A stretch of DNA of 61,388 nucleotides, filler included. It is 13 parts of 13 records of this genome, joined end to end, with 100 filler letters (N's around TTAATTAATTAA, not from the genome) between each part and the next. Parts side by side here need not be neighbours in the genome. Positions count along the whole stretch, not along the records: positions 1 to 5,108 come from SRR7504441_11192; positions 5,209 to 10,596 come from SRR7504441_11206; positions 10,697 to 14,536 come from SRR7504441_11253; 10 more parts are not named here. The stretch is one strand, 5' to 3'. Of the stretch, positions 1 to 11,718 are shown piece after piece. Position 1 is the stretch's first letter. Every line of letters begins with the position of its first letter. The notes under the pieces are model-generated. The model was not told the origin of the DNA, ran no database searches, and saw only the letters and a list, made by a program, of their open reading frames with translations. The position numbers and the translations under genes are program-made.

Positions 1-714
1 CAACGGTCACGTTTTTACTAAATATAGAAACTTCTTGTCAGTTTAGGAGGGCTGAAACTTATCTGGAAGGACAGTGGATTGAGTAAAGGGAAGAAAAAAT
101 CAGGGTTGTCGCGGGATAGGGGCAAACTCGACTGTAATGTCTACTTCGTCTCGGCATGGAACACATATTGGCGGGATGTCTTCAGCATGAGTAGCCAACG
201 GAGATTCTGACTGCAGATGACAAGGATTGTGCAGCTTATTGGTACATACGCTTGTCCCTGTGCAAGACATGTTCATGTCCACATGGCCTGATATTCTATG
301 AGACAAAGAGCGAAATGGTCGTGCCAACTCGGAACGATGCTGAGAAAAAGAAGACGCAAGCTCAGTGCACTGACTGGTACCTATCAGCAATCACGTTTGC
401 GGGCAACTTTTTCGCAGACTACCGCATGGCTGCAATGAAAGCCAAGATGAAGGCGTGTTAATTAAGGCGTGAGTCGCGCGGACTACAGGTACGCGGTGTA
501 CGCAGTAGAATCCGTACGAGTATGGGAAGAGTCTTATACCTCCTATAAAATGTATAAATTGCCTGCATACAACGTATAAAAGGTTAGTGTAGCGACTGCT
601 ATAAAATGTATAAAATTAATTGACTGCATTATTTTTATAACTATGCACCGGATGCATTAGCCTCGCATATGGAACTTTTAAGCGCTATAACAATCATCAC
701 AAGCCCCGGAATCA

Positions 715-3700
715 TCATGTAGGAACCTCTTTTACAATCTCAGCCTTAGCACCCACCAGTTCCTGCCCTTTCATAAACGTCTTATGCCGGTACTTTTGAG
801 CCCTCGCCTCCAACCGTGCCTCCGCATTCTGCAGCGCCGAATGCACGCGCTGTTTAGCCGCGCTAAGCTGTTCTAACGACTCGATTTTAGCCGTTACACC
901 GCTCGGTCGCGCCCTGCGGCGCGGCGTGACCGGCGACTGGTCTCCGTCTCGCCACCAAGCCGGCATATTCTCCGACAATCCTCCTGGCCGGCTGACAGGG
1001 TCCTCTAGGCTCCGCGGTCGTCTTGCGGTGCTCTCCCGGAGATACTCGTACCGTGAGCGCTGTGACATAGTTGCTGCGCTTCCAGGTATCTCCCGAGGAG
1101 AGCTGGCAATAGCAGCCCGAGGAGCGGACCGCGAGCGCGACTGGTCCCGCTCTTGCTGGTGGATCAGCTCCCGCCAGTCAGTGTCTGAAGCCACGCTGGG
1201 CGGTCGGGCCCTGCCCACGCTCTGACTGCGGGTGGGCTCACGCGGAGGGAGCGGCTCGGCAGGGTGGATGATGGGTATCGCCTGCGCCGGTGGAGGCGGG
1301 AGCACAGGGGCTGGGCCGGGCGGCATCCGGGGCGGCGGCTCTAGTCGGTGTGGCATGTGGTGGTATGGAGGGCCAAACCCCTGCGGCTGGGCTGCGCCGG
1401 GAGGGACCTCTTGCATGCTCATCACCACTGGAGCGGGGTACATGCCTTGGGCTTGGTGCAGGGTGGCAAAGTCGCGAGGACAGATCGGCTGCTGACCGGC
1501 TGGGAGCGTGGCGGGTGGGAGGGCACTCGCTGGGATAGTCGCGGGGGTGGCGTCAGCTGCTGGAGCCGGCACAGCAAAGGGTGCTGGGTGTGCCGTGGCC
1601 GGCACGGCAGAGGGCGCTGGGTGTGCCATGGCCGGCTTGTATGCACTGAAGGAGCGGTGCCGCTGCAGGCTGTCCTGCACCCATTTCATATCGGCCTCAA
1701 GCTGCGCGTCCATGCTCCTCATAGCCTGACGCCCCTCACCGCCCATCAGAGTCGACTCCCCGAACTCGTCCATCAGCGCGATCAGAGGGTCGTTATTACC
1801 GCCCACACCGGTGTGCTGGCTCTGCTGGACGGCGGCCTCGAACTCCTCGGGTGATATCACTCCATCTTTGTTAGCATCAATTTGCTCGAACACTACACTC
1901 GCAGCGCTGGCGCTCTCTTCAGTTGTTGGTGCCGGGGTTAGCGACACACCAGGCGCTGGCTGCGCCGGCTGTTCACTCGCCCAGCGCAGGTACTCCTCCC
2001 GCCAGCTGTGCGCTCCCGGATCCGGCCGGTGCGGCTTCGGATCCTCCAAGTGCTCCGGCAGCGCCGGGAGCGATCTGATAGCTGCCGGCACGGGGGCAGT
2101 CTCCGCCCTCGATGGCGGCACGGACGGCTCCCGGGGCCGCTCCTCAGGCGGTGAGTCGACGGCACTGCTCTGGACGGAGGCGGCCCTCGCCCGCTCGAAC
2201 AATGCCGCGATGCTGTCGGAGGCTCCGCGCGCTTTGAGCTCCTGCGCACCTGCACCGCCACCGTCATCACCCGCCAGAAGGAGGAGGCTGGGTACCGGCG
2301 ATCTGGCAGTCTATCCCTCGGTACGATCTATTATTAGACGTCCAGCTGCGTGAGATCGACCGCTGCCGAGGGCTCCGGGACTGCTCATCAACGGTGGTAC
2401 AGAGCTCTGCTGGCACAGGCTCCACCGACGGCTGTGGGGTCACTCGCGGCTCGGCTGGCACAGCCTGCATAGGGACCTCCGACCACGCTGACCAATCATC
2501 AGGATTCATCAGCGCGAGCATCTCGGGAGGGTGACTCTCCGGTGGCGCCACCTCCTGCCAGCTAGCCCCTTCAGACGGGCTCAAATAATCCACATGCTGC
2601 TGCTCAGGCTCCCCCCAGCTCGGTGCGAGGAGCTTCTCAGGGGAAGCCGAGGCCGACACCTCGCCGGCCAGCGCAGCGTCTAGGTCCACGGTCCGCTGCC
2701 GTTTGTCGGTGCGTTTAGCTTTCTGGACTCGTTCTCTAAAGGTTTTGGGCCGAGCTTGGCTGGTCGCAGGCTCGAGGCTAGCTAGATCTGTGCTGGCGGC
2801 CTGTGGTGGGGGTGTAAGGTGATTGGGGAGCACAGGTAAGCACCTCGATGGCGCGCGGCTCGGGTCTGTGGGCTGAGTGTTCCAGCTCTCGCATCACGCT
2901 GCGCCGTGCTCAGCCGACCCACCTATACTATACTATAGATGTAGTACAGTACAGTATATTACCTCTCGAACCCGGTGTGCACTTGCGACTTGATCGCACT
3001 CACCGAAGCCTTCAGCTCCAGCAGCTCCTCGGCTTGCTCCAGCGAGCCGCCGCTCCGATCGCTGCCACCCCCAGAGCTCAGCCCCACTCCAGTATCCCAG
3101 GCCGCACTGGATGAGCTGCTGCAGCTGGAACTGCACAGACTGCTGCAGCTGGGCCACGTGTCCCGACAGCTGCTCCATCCGCTCGTTCGCTTGCCTGCAA
3201 CACCAACAGCCGTTAATTTCCGTTAAAAGCTCGTTCGCTTGCCTCTGAGTACTCGCCACATCCACCGTCGAGTTCTCCTTCGCCAGCCTGCACCAACAGC
3301 CGTTAATTTCCGTTAAAAAGCCGGCCAGCCGGGCACTTGTCGAAGCAGTTTTCCATCGAGTCCCACATGGTGGCTATATTCGCCTGAAACGTCCGTTAAT
3401 GTCCGTTAATGTCCGTTAAGACTGGTCGCCTGGACCGACGAGATCTGCGCCTCCATCTGCTGCTCCAGCCCCGACCCCGCCGGCTCACTCCCCAGCCTGC
3501 CACGGCCGTTAGATTCCGTTAACACCCCGCCGCCGCACTCGGAGAAGCCTTTGCTCAGGTCGGCGTGCAGCTGCCCGACCGCGTGTTCGAGCTGGTCGAT
3601 CTTGGCGTTTTGTGCACTCGCGAGCGCCGCCGCCGACTCCGGCCGCAGCTTGGCGATGACCGACGGCTCCCGTAACGGCTTTTCCGTTGGGATCGGCGGG

Positions 3701-4746
3701 CTCTCGGGGCTGCTGCTGCCTGCAACACTTTCCGTTAGCTCCAGCTGTAGCTGTGGGCACCGAGAGTCGGGTCCGGACTTGTCCTGAGCATCCGCCGCGG
3801 CCGAGCCTCCTGTGCCGGAGTGGTGGTCTGCTGGGCGTACACCGCGCAGGCCCGCTTCAGCTCCGGCAGCGAGATAGCGCCATCCTTGTTCGTATCGAAT
3901 CTGACCCCACTTCAGCCCGCCTCCCGGCCCAGCAGCCTCACTGCAGCAGCATCCCACGCTGCTTGGTGAGCCACGCGGTGAAAGGGTGGTCCGGCAGGAA
4001 GGTGCGCAGCTCAGTCACACTCAAAAGTCCGTTGTGCGCGTGCCGGTCCGCAGTGGCCATCACCCACTCCGCGAACCCTTCGGCCGCGGCTGGCGGGGCT
4101 TGTTGGCTCGCCGGCGGCTGCTTGGCTCTCCGGCCGGGCCGAGGGCCCCCCACGCGGTACCCGCGGGCCTGTTTGAGGAACCTGAACCGGTGTCCGTTAT
4201 ATTCCGTTGGAGGGCCGCACACACCTGAGCAGGCGCGTCCGTTGGAGCACCCCGCGGACGCCCAGCTGCTTGAGTGTGGGCTCGTCGGGATCGAGCTGCG
4301 ACCCGGCTGGCCGGCCGGCGGGCGGGCGGGCGACCTCGACCAGCTGCCCAATCGTGCGCACTCCTACCGCCGGGTCGCTCCACGCCGTCGACAGATCTTC
4401 GATCTCCAGCCGGCTGAAGAGCACCCTGCCGGCCAGTCAACGGCATCTGAGCGGCCCCGCAACGGACCGTAACGGCATCTTGTGCACCCGGCTGACCATC
4501 TCCGGTCCCCGGCTCCCCAGGCTGCCCCCCCGCAGCTCCCCCCCTCCCCCCCAGCCCGAGGCACCAAAACTTGTTCAAAAGCGAGGCGGCCGACGCTTTC
4601 GGTGGCGGCGCGCTCCGGCCTCGGGGGGTGCCGTGGTCCCGGCTGGCGCGGTCGGCCATGCGCGAGGCGGCCCGACGGGGCTCGGCCCGCTGCCGGCCCA
4701 ACGGACTCTGCGGCCGGGCCACAAGCCGCCGGCTCGAGCTGCTCAT
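715..4746 (-). CDS. Large multi-exon protein: SAM-like helical region, EF-hand(s), coiled coil, Pro-rich tail; function unknown
   Basis: ORF pieces 4060-4746, 4197-4424, 3938-4351, 3406-3957, 2933-3265, 2267-2833 and 715-2202 can be joined through ~39-49 nt introns (e.g. 3720-3760, 3497-3538, 3384-3429, 3288-3336, 3195-3242, 2923-2962). EF-hand loops DTNKDGAISLPE and DANKDGVISPEE; TLKQLGVRGVLQRTRLLRFL resembles a SAM helix. Some junctions are tentative. Confidence 0.6.
3201..3420. repeat. 28-nt exact direct repeat (3201-3228 / 3291-3318) plus 10-nt tandem GTCCGTTAAT x3 (3391-3420), all intronic
   Basis: Read directly: caccaacagccgttaatttccgttaaaa occurs twice, 90 nt apart; gtccgttaat gtccgttaat gtccgttaag. 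Confidence 0.9.
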
Positions 4747-5108
4747 CTGTTCATTTCAGACATTTCGTATCTTTCCGTTAAAATTTCAGTTGATCAGGCG
4801 CGGGCCATGGTCAGGCGGCTATATGCCGTGGCCAGTAGCTGACTAGAAATCAGCTGCGAATCTTATCTCTACGATATATAGTCCGCTGCTTAGCTCAGTT
4901 AACTACTTCACTACTGTTTTTCATTTTCTACCACGCCGTGTAGCGTTCTTGCTCAAGGAATCGTTAATTCAATATTCAGCCAAGATCGCCTGCACACTGA
5001 TGGTAGCCCCCTTCACCACCGAGCTGCTGCAGCATGACCACTCGTGATATGATGGCCAACCCATCCGTCCACACAGCCTCCTGAGGGCTTGCCTCCTCCC
5101 CACTCCAA

Positions 5109-5208
5109 NNNNNNNNNNNNNNNNNNNNNNNNNNNNNNNNNNNNNNNNNNNNTTAATTAATTAANNNNNNNNNNNNNNNNNNNNNNNNNNNNNNNNNNNN
5201 NNNNNNNN
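5109..5208. other. Artificial contig linker (N44-TTAATTAATTAA-N44); first of 12
   Basis: Identical 100-nt spacers at 5109-5208, 10597-10696, 14537-14636, 18578-18677, 25798-25897, 29498-29597, 34406-34505, 38866-38965, 43928-44027, 47764-47863, 52071-52170, 57187-57286; TTAATTAATTAA gives stops in all six frames. Confidence 0.98.
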
Positions 5209-5607
5209 GTCCTTGTTGCCCGACATTGCCGCGGCTCGGGCTCGTGGCGAGACGGGTTTCACCCCTCGTGTCTTGCGAGATATGATTGTGAGTGAGTATA
5301 CATTATCATTCGAAATCAAAGATTACCAAGTATTAATACATTATTGTACGGTCCCTAGTCCTTAGTAAAAAGCACCAATGTTTTTTGTTTCAATCAACTT
5401 GTCAATGAAATTACTTAGTGTACACTCGGCGGCGTGCGATTATTAGTTATTGCGTACTCATACGAGTGTTTAATTAAAAACCAAAGAGACGCTGAAATGA
5501 TAAGTAAAAATTGATAGTCTACGTACTAGGCGCACACAGCTGGCGCACAGTATACATGCAAACACGTGTCATTACTAAATGGCCATCAATCTCACCCGTC
5601 TCACCGA

Positions 5608-7083
5608 TTAGCGACCGTGCGTTAGGGCCGCATCGCTCAGCTTGACAAACTTGTTTGCCTTGATCTGGCTCTTGATTGCATACTTGGACATCCGGTGCAC
5701 ATCGCGTCTGGTCATCTGCCCCAGGCTGAGCCCCGTCGGCGCTGCGCTGCCTACCTCGCTCCTCCGTGACATCCGAGTCCGATGCTGTGCCACGAGTGCT
5801 GTCTCGCTCCCGTTGCCTGCTAGCCGGACCGCCCGCTCCAGAGTCTCAGCTTTCACCGCCAGGACCTGATGCCGGCAGTCAATCCTAGACCAGGGCTGCC
5901 GGCAGACCGCGGTTCGGTCGTCCTCAGGTTTGGGCCGCTGCTTGGTGACCCATGCCAGGTCACGCGGGACCATCTTTTTGCCTGAAGGCGTGATCCCCTT
6001 CTCGATCGCCTCAGCCCTGCAGACAGTCATGCGGAGTGGCAGCAGGCAGGCCACAGTTCCGTCGGTGTCGGCTCCGGGTGGTCGGAATCCGGCGCCGATT
6101 GGTCATAAAACCGGCGGAACTCAATCTCAAAAGTCTCAGAATTAAACCTTCGGTTCCCCTTGGACTCCTGCGCCTCTCAGCTCAGTGCAACCACACCAGT
6201 CAGAGCACCATATAATGCTTGACGGCCTCGCGCGAGCCGAACCGGCGGGACGAGTACAGGCAGCGATAGCAGTGGTTCACTTTCAGCTGTAGGTATTGGC
6301 ACATGCCTGACCACACTGATCAATCGCGCCACGATCGAGCGGCCCACCTTCCATGTCAGCCACCCGGTCGATGTTAGGGATCGTGAATCCGAACGCGCCC
6401 TCCATGTACTCCAGGCATGTGGCCCAATCTTCAAACAGCTCACTATCGAACAGGCTCTCGCCCTCAATGATGTTCACCTCGCCCGCCTCTTCCATCTCCT
6501 CGTCCTCTTCGTCTGATACATCCCCCCAGCTCCTCTCCTCGGCCTCCTGCACACCCATCACCCCGCCCGACCCGGCACAGCCAGCACCTCAACCTCGTCC
6601 TGCGCCACGCCTGCGCCGGCGCGCTCAGCCCGCCGCCCTGAGCCGCGCGGGTCACCCTGCATTTTGGCTGCCATCTTCTCGGCGCGCTGCTGGGCCCGGT
6701 CCATCTTCTTCTCGCCCCGCTTGGCCAGCCGGGCGTCCTTTTTGGCTTGCTTGCCCATCGGCTTGCTCTTGGCCTCGCTGCGCTCCGGCTCGGCCCCGGG
6801 CCAGCCGCGGCCGCACTTGATCTTATCCTGGGCCTGCCGTCGTGAAAACTGCTCGCGCGTGAGCATTGGCAGCCCGGCCACCTGACCCCCAGGCTGGCCG
6901 ATGTGGGCCGGGGGGCGCCGCCTTGCGCTTTAGGTTGTGCAGGTGCCACTCGCTCTGGTAGTGCTCTTTGAGCGCGGCGCGGTCGTCCATCAGGTCGCCG
7001 CCCTGGGCCGTCACTGCCCGGAGGCCGGGAGAGGACGGTGGGCTGCTCGCCCCGCTCTTGAATGGCCCCTCACCACCGCTCAT
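5608..7083 (-). CDS. REI1: REI1/REH1/ZNF622-like 60S ribosome maturation zinc-finger protein (multi-exon)
   Basis: Spliced product has LKEHYQSEWHLHNLKRK|VAGLP (GC-AG intron 6882-6921), SLFDSELFEDWATCLEYMEGAFGFTIP, YLQLKVNHCYRCLYSSRRFGSREAVKHYM and EFRRFYDQS, matching the Rei1/ZNF622 motif order. Confidence 0.8.
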
Positions 7084-7156
7084 CTTCTCTGCCCCGCAGC
7101 CTGCCTTTGCTCTGCAGTCTGGCTGGTTCGCGCGACTTCGCCCGACTTTTGTTGCC

Positions 7157-8705
7157 ATGCGTGCGGCTCTCCTTCGTACCGCCCGTGGACGCGGGCTGGC
7201 CACCCGGCGGCGTCCTCCGCCCTCCGCTCCGCCCCCACAGCGTGCGCCCGCCGCCCAAGCTGGCCTTGACCCCCGGCGCAGTGCGCGGCCCGCCCCGCCA
7301 GCCGCCGCCGCCCGAGGACGCGGTGGCGCTCGCCCTGGTTCCCGGCTGAAGGGAGGCGCAGGTGGCACTCAGGGCCGAGGGGCCGAGCAGGGGTTTCGGG
7401 CTCTCATTGGGGCTTGTTGGGCTGGCCGGTGGGCTGGCGGCGATGGCGGGCTGGGTGTACAGCTATCGCGAATGGCACCGGAAGAACCGGGCGGGCCAGC
7501 TGGCCAGTGAGCAGACTGCAGCCGAGCAGCTGGGCGACTTAGCCCGCTACGCCGTACTCGGACGGCTCGAACCAGCCGGTCAGTGCCCCGGCTGTCGCGG
7601 GCACCTCACAGGCTCGGGGCCGTTCGCTGTGGCCGACGGCCGGTTGTGGAGGCCGGAGCACGCGCACTGCCACCGCTGCCGAGAGGATGAGGAGCCGGAG
7701 CCGGGCGGGCAGCGGATTGCCGCGGACGGCTCGCTTTGGTGCGCGCGGCACTGGCCGGAGTGGGCGGATGCTTACAACTGCAGCTTGTGTGGAGACCAGC
7801 TGCCGGAGACGCCTGTTGTGCAGCCAGACGGCAAGCTACTCTGCCAACGGCACGCCCACGCCCCGCGCTGCTACAGCTGCCACGCCAGACTGAGAGACGG
7901 CCCGTCGCCGGGGGCTACCGGCGTGCTGCTGTGCTCTGAATGCAGGAGTTCGAGCGTGTGGGGGCTGGAGGCGGCGCGTGCGTTGTTCAGTCAGGTGGCG
8001 GAGGAGCTCGCGGCTGACCTCGGCGTAGACGTAGGGTTGGGCGAGATCGAGCTGCAGGTCGGGGACATGGAGCACGGCGTAGCTCAGTACAAGGCCAACG
8101 GTGGGATGGGCGAGGTGTGTGTCGAGGGGCTCACCAAGATGAAGCATTTCGAAGTGCAGGTCGGGGCCAAGCGCGTGGTACACCGCGAGGTCGACGGGAT
8201 CTTCGTCATGCAGGGGTTGCCGCGACTGCACACTGCGCAGGTTCTGGCCCACGAACTGATGCACGCGTGGCTCGCTAAGCATAAGACGATCTGCAGCTCG
8301 AGGGAGGTCGAGGAAGGCCTTTGCGAGCTGGCCTCCTATCTCTGGCTCGCCGAGCTGGCCGACCGGCTGCGCGGGCGTGCTGAGCCTGTCCCACGCACCG
8401 CCAGGTCTGCCTACCAAGGGCAGCAGGACGAGCATTCGCTGACTCAAGTGCTCACCAGGCTCAGGCTGATGGAGGCAGGGGCCAAGGCCGGGGTTTACGC
8501 AGACGGATTCGCCGCGGCGCTCACGGCGTTGCAAGGGCGCAGCCTGCCGCAGCTGTTGGCTCACGTGAAGAAGACGGGACAGCTGCCGCCAGCTGAGTAT
8601 CCGTGTCCACTAGTTGGGTTTGAGGGCCAAGCAACTGGGAGCACGCCGACCCCAATGCCACCGCCAACAACCGTGTATGCGACGCCCGATTTCAGAGGAG
8701 CTTGA
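7157..8705 (+). CDS. DA1-like LIM-domain zinc metallopeptidase with N-terminal basic presequence and one TM helix
   Basis: GLPRLHTAQVLAHELMHAWL (HEXXH), VEEGLCEL and GVYADGF are DA1-family peptidase motifs, preceded by LIM-like Cys/His fingers. 5' model uses introns 7242-7281 and 7323-7361 to join ATG 7157 to the 7362 frame. Confidence 0.8.
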
Positions 8706-9477
8706 ACGACAGTTACTCAGATGCAATGATAGGTGAAAGCTTGATTGATTAATACATGTAACAGAGATCATATTTTACAGTATAAAGACTGACACTGTCT
8801 CGTTCGTACAAGTCATGACCTCCTATGCAGTGCTATCTGGGTTGAGAGCGCATCCGACCACCGACTTACACGACTTACAGCCGACTAACACCACGACACC
8901 ATGGTGTGGCCGCATGCATGTGGCCCGGTGGCCGTGTGGCAGGTACCGTATGCTGAAACCTCTCGTCAAGCGTCTCGATAATTTCCGTTGGAGCTGGCCC
9001 GAGGAAACAGCCGAGCGCGGTAATATCCCGGGCCTGCCGAACGCAGGTGGCGGCAAACCAACCCGACCGGGGAGGAAAAGCTCGAAGCATGTGCGTGGAT
9101 CCCCTGGATGCAGACACATTGACCGGCGAGGATGCGACCCTCGTCGGGGCTGCATCAAGCCTACTCCCCCCAATATCTGTGGGTAATGCAGAGACGGACC
9201 TGCCCGACCAGAGCAAGGATGCCCCGGCTGAAAGGCCTGATTCTACAACGAGCCCAGCCACGCTGAGTGATTCGCCCCATCGCGGGTCCATCGCGAGCTC
9301 AAGACCGGACGAATACCTCCCCACCCGCACTACGTGTGCCATCTGCCTCATCGACGCGTGTGCGCATACTCCAGATCGCGATGGCGACATAGTGAACGCC
9401 GGTGATTCCTGGGACGTCATGGACGACCATGGTAACCCTCCGCCCCGTTTCGGCCTTGCGGGCTCCGTGTTTGATCC

Positions 9478-10596
9478 TTGGGTTGCGCAGAGCCACCCCC
9501 GCTGAAGGCAGACAGGCCCGAGGAGCAGGATTCATTCGCCAAGGAGTGCGGATGGAAGACACAAGATGTATCGCCCCCCAACGACGGGCTAAAGCGGGCG
9601 CTTGCTGCGAGCTATCTTCCGACGACATTGTGCAAAGATGTGTATAGTGGACCCAATCCCTCCTCCCGAATCATAGTGAAAGCGACCCGAACCCTCAAAT
9701 CCAAGAAGACCGAGCTTTCTCGGCCGCGTCTTGCCGAAATATGGGGTACACCTGGCACACAGGACCAATCTGACGAGCCTGTAGGACCCAAGCTCTTCCA
9801 GAGTGGAGGTGGCGTGACCGACTGCAGCTGTCTTGATTGTGAGGGGCAATCAAATATGGTAGAGGCAGAATTTGCCGAATGGAACCTGCCCGATCTAGAG
9901 CCCAATATGGATCTTCCCGACAGTCCGGTCTGCGGGCCTGGTACACCCAGTCTTGAAGCCGATCAAGTCGAACTGAGCGCAACTGGCTCAGTCAAGACAA
10001 ACCGTGTGGAAGCTAGCACGAACTCACAGCAGGCAGTAGCGCCAACCCCAAAGTGGACCTGCCAGTGGGGACCCGCGTGCCGTGTTTGCCTGGAGGATGA
10101 CTGGGTGGCTCAGCACCTATGGTCACATGTGTCTATGGCGACCGAGGAAAATGCTGCTCACGTGCGTAAGCAGAGCCGGAATAGTTTGGAACAGATAGAT
10201 GTGAAGGGTACAGGCCCGGGCAAGAGCATCCGATGCACCTGGGGTAGCTCATGCACCAGGAGATTCGCCTCGTTGGACAAGCTTAGAGAGCACCTTAATA
10301 CTCATGCGGCCCTTGAGCAGAAAATGTTTCCATGCCAGTGGAGCGGTTGCGGTATGATCTTCCCGACTGGGCAAGCCCTGCTGGACCACGCGCTTGCTGC
10401 GCATACAGGAAAGGGACCAGTTGGCCCGGATACCAAGGATGCCACTCCTCCAGAATCCAATAGATGCATGTGGCAGGGCTGCTGCTTCCAAGTGGAGGAA
10501 GAACCAGGAATGACGCCAGAGCAAGTCGTGCAGAAGTTGCAGGAGCATGTGATGGCAGAGCATGCGCACTGGGACGGGACTCTACCTGAGCGAGTG
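9478..10596 (+). CDS. C2H2 zinc-finger protein (four CxW-type fingers), 3'-truncated by contig end
   Basis: CQWGPAC..HLWSH, CTWGSSC..HLNTH, CQWSGC..HALAAH, CMWQGC..HVMAEH; start uncertain. Confidence 0.6.
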
Positions 10597-10696
10597 NNNN
10601 NNNNNNNNNNNNNNNNNNNNNNNNNNNNNNNNNNNNNNNNTTAATTAATTAANNNNNNNNNNNNNNNNNNNNNNNNNNNNNNNNNNNNNNNNNNNN

Positions 10697-11441
10697 CAAC
10701 ACGCGAACCTCGGTCTGCGCGGCGGCTAACCCTGCATTCGGACGGTATGACGATATGCGGACGGCGGACGAGAATATCGAATTTGCGTCGACGATCCTTT
10801 CGCGGTTTGATATGATTTATATCGTGCGAGATATCTGTAACAAGGAGCGGGACGGTCAGCTGGCCAACCATGTTCTCAGAGTGCACATGGGCATCGCTGC
10901 GCAGCAAGAAGATAAGCTGGGCGAGATTGAGATAGGCTGGTTCAAGAAATATGTGGCTTACGCCAGGGCCAAGTGCGGCCCACGGCTGGACCAAGTGGCG
11001 GCTGAGGCTCTCCAGAACTACTACGTGAGCGTGCGCAAGCAGCAGGAGCACGCCGAGAAGAGCCCGATTCCACTCACAGTCAGGCAGCTTGAGGCTATTG
11101 TTCGAATTTCGGAGGCGCTGGCTAAGCTGGAGCTGACACAGCTGGCGGTCCAAAGCCACGTGGAGGAGGCTATCAGGCTGTTCAATGTGTCCACGATTAA
11201 GTCTATCGTCTCTGGGCACGTTGACTCGAGCTCCGCGGCAGATATTCAGGCGGTGGAGGCCAAGCTGCGCGACTTGCCGATCCGGCAGCCGATCAGCACG
11301 GCCAAGGTGATCAAGACGATGAGCCAGACCTACAATTTCCCAGCTTCGGCGGTCAATCGGGCCATACTGAATCTGAGCAAGCGGGGAGTGATCGAACTGA
11401 AGCACAAGCACACCACCATCGTCAACATGGGCGGGTTCTAG
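10697..11441 (+). CDS. MCM5: MCM replicative helicase subunit, most like MCM5, 3' fragment
   Basis: NTRTSVCAAANPAFGRYD, TILSRFDMIYIVRD, CGPRL and IPLTVRQLEAIVRISEALAK are AAA+ lid motifs typical of MCM5. Confidence 0.85.
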
Positions 11442-11718
11442 CCCCACTCCACGCCGTGCTGGACTCGCAACTACTAGTATTAGTGAATCCGGCAGATACC
11501 TCCGGTGTTGAAGGCTTTCCTCCTCGAGCGGCCAATCTGAATGGAGTCTCGCGGTGAGAGCTTACATGTTTGATAGCTGTGATACCTGCTATATAGTAAA
11601 CGGTTTGATAGTCTCACTACTGTACAATTGCTAAAACTTTGCAACGAATCTGGGCTCTCGGAGTGTCCGGAGCTTGAACAAGAGGCGAGGCCGTTAAATC
11701 GATCTCGAAGAGTCAGGC

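Noticed and set aside
1-461. Gene 3' end on the plus strand
   Set aside because: Short ORFs with no recognisable motif and no clean splice model.
3201-3318. 28-nt direct repeats as a mini CRISPR
   Set aside because: Only two copies, both inside spliceosomal introns of a eukaryotic gene; no cas genes.
7014-7055. Possible GG-AG intron in REI1 giving FKSVTAQ
   Set aside because: Segment is in frame and stop-free, and a 42-nt GC-AG alternative or no intron fits too; undecidable without RNA.
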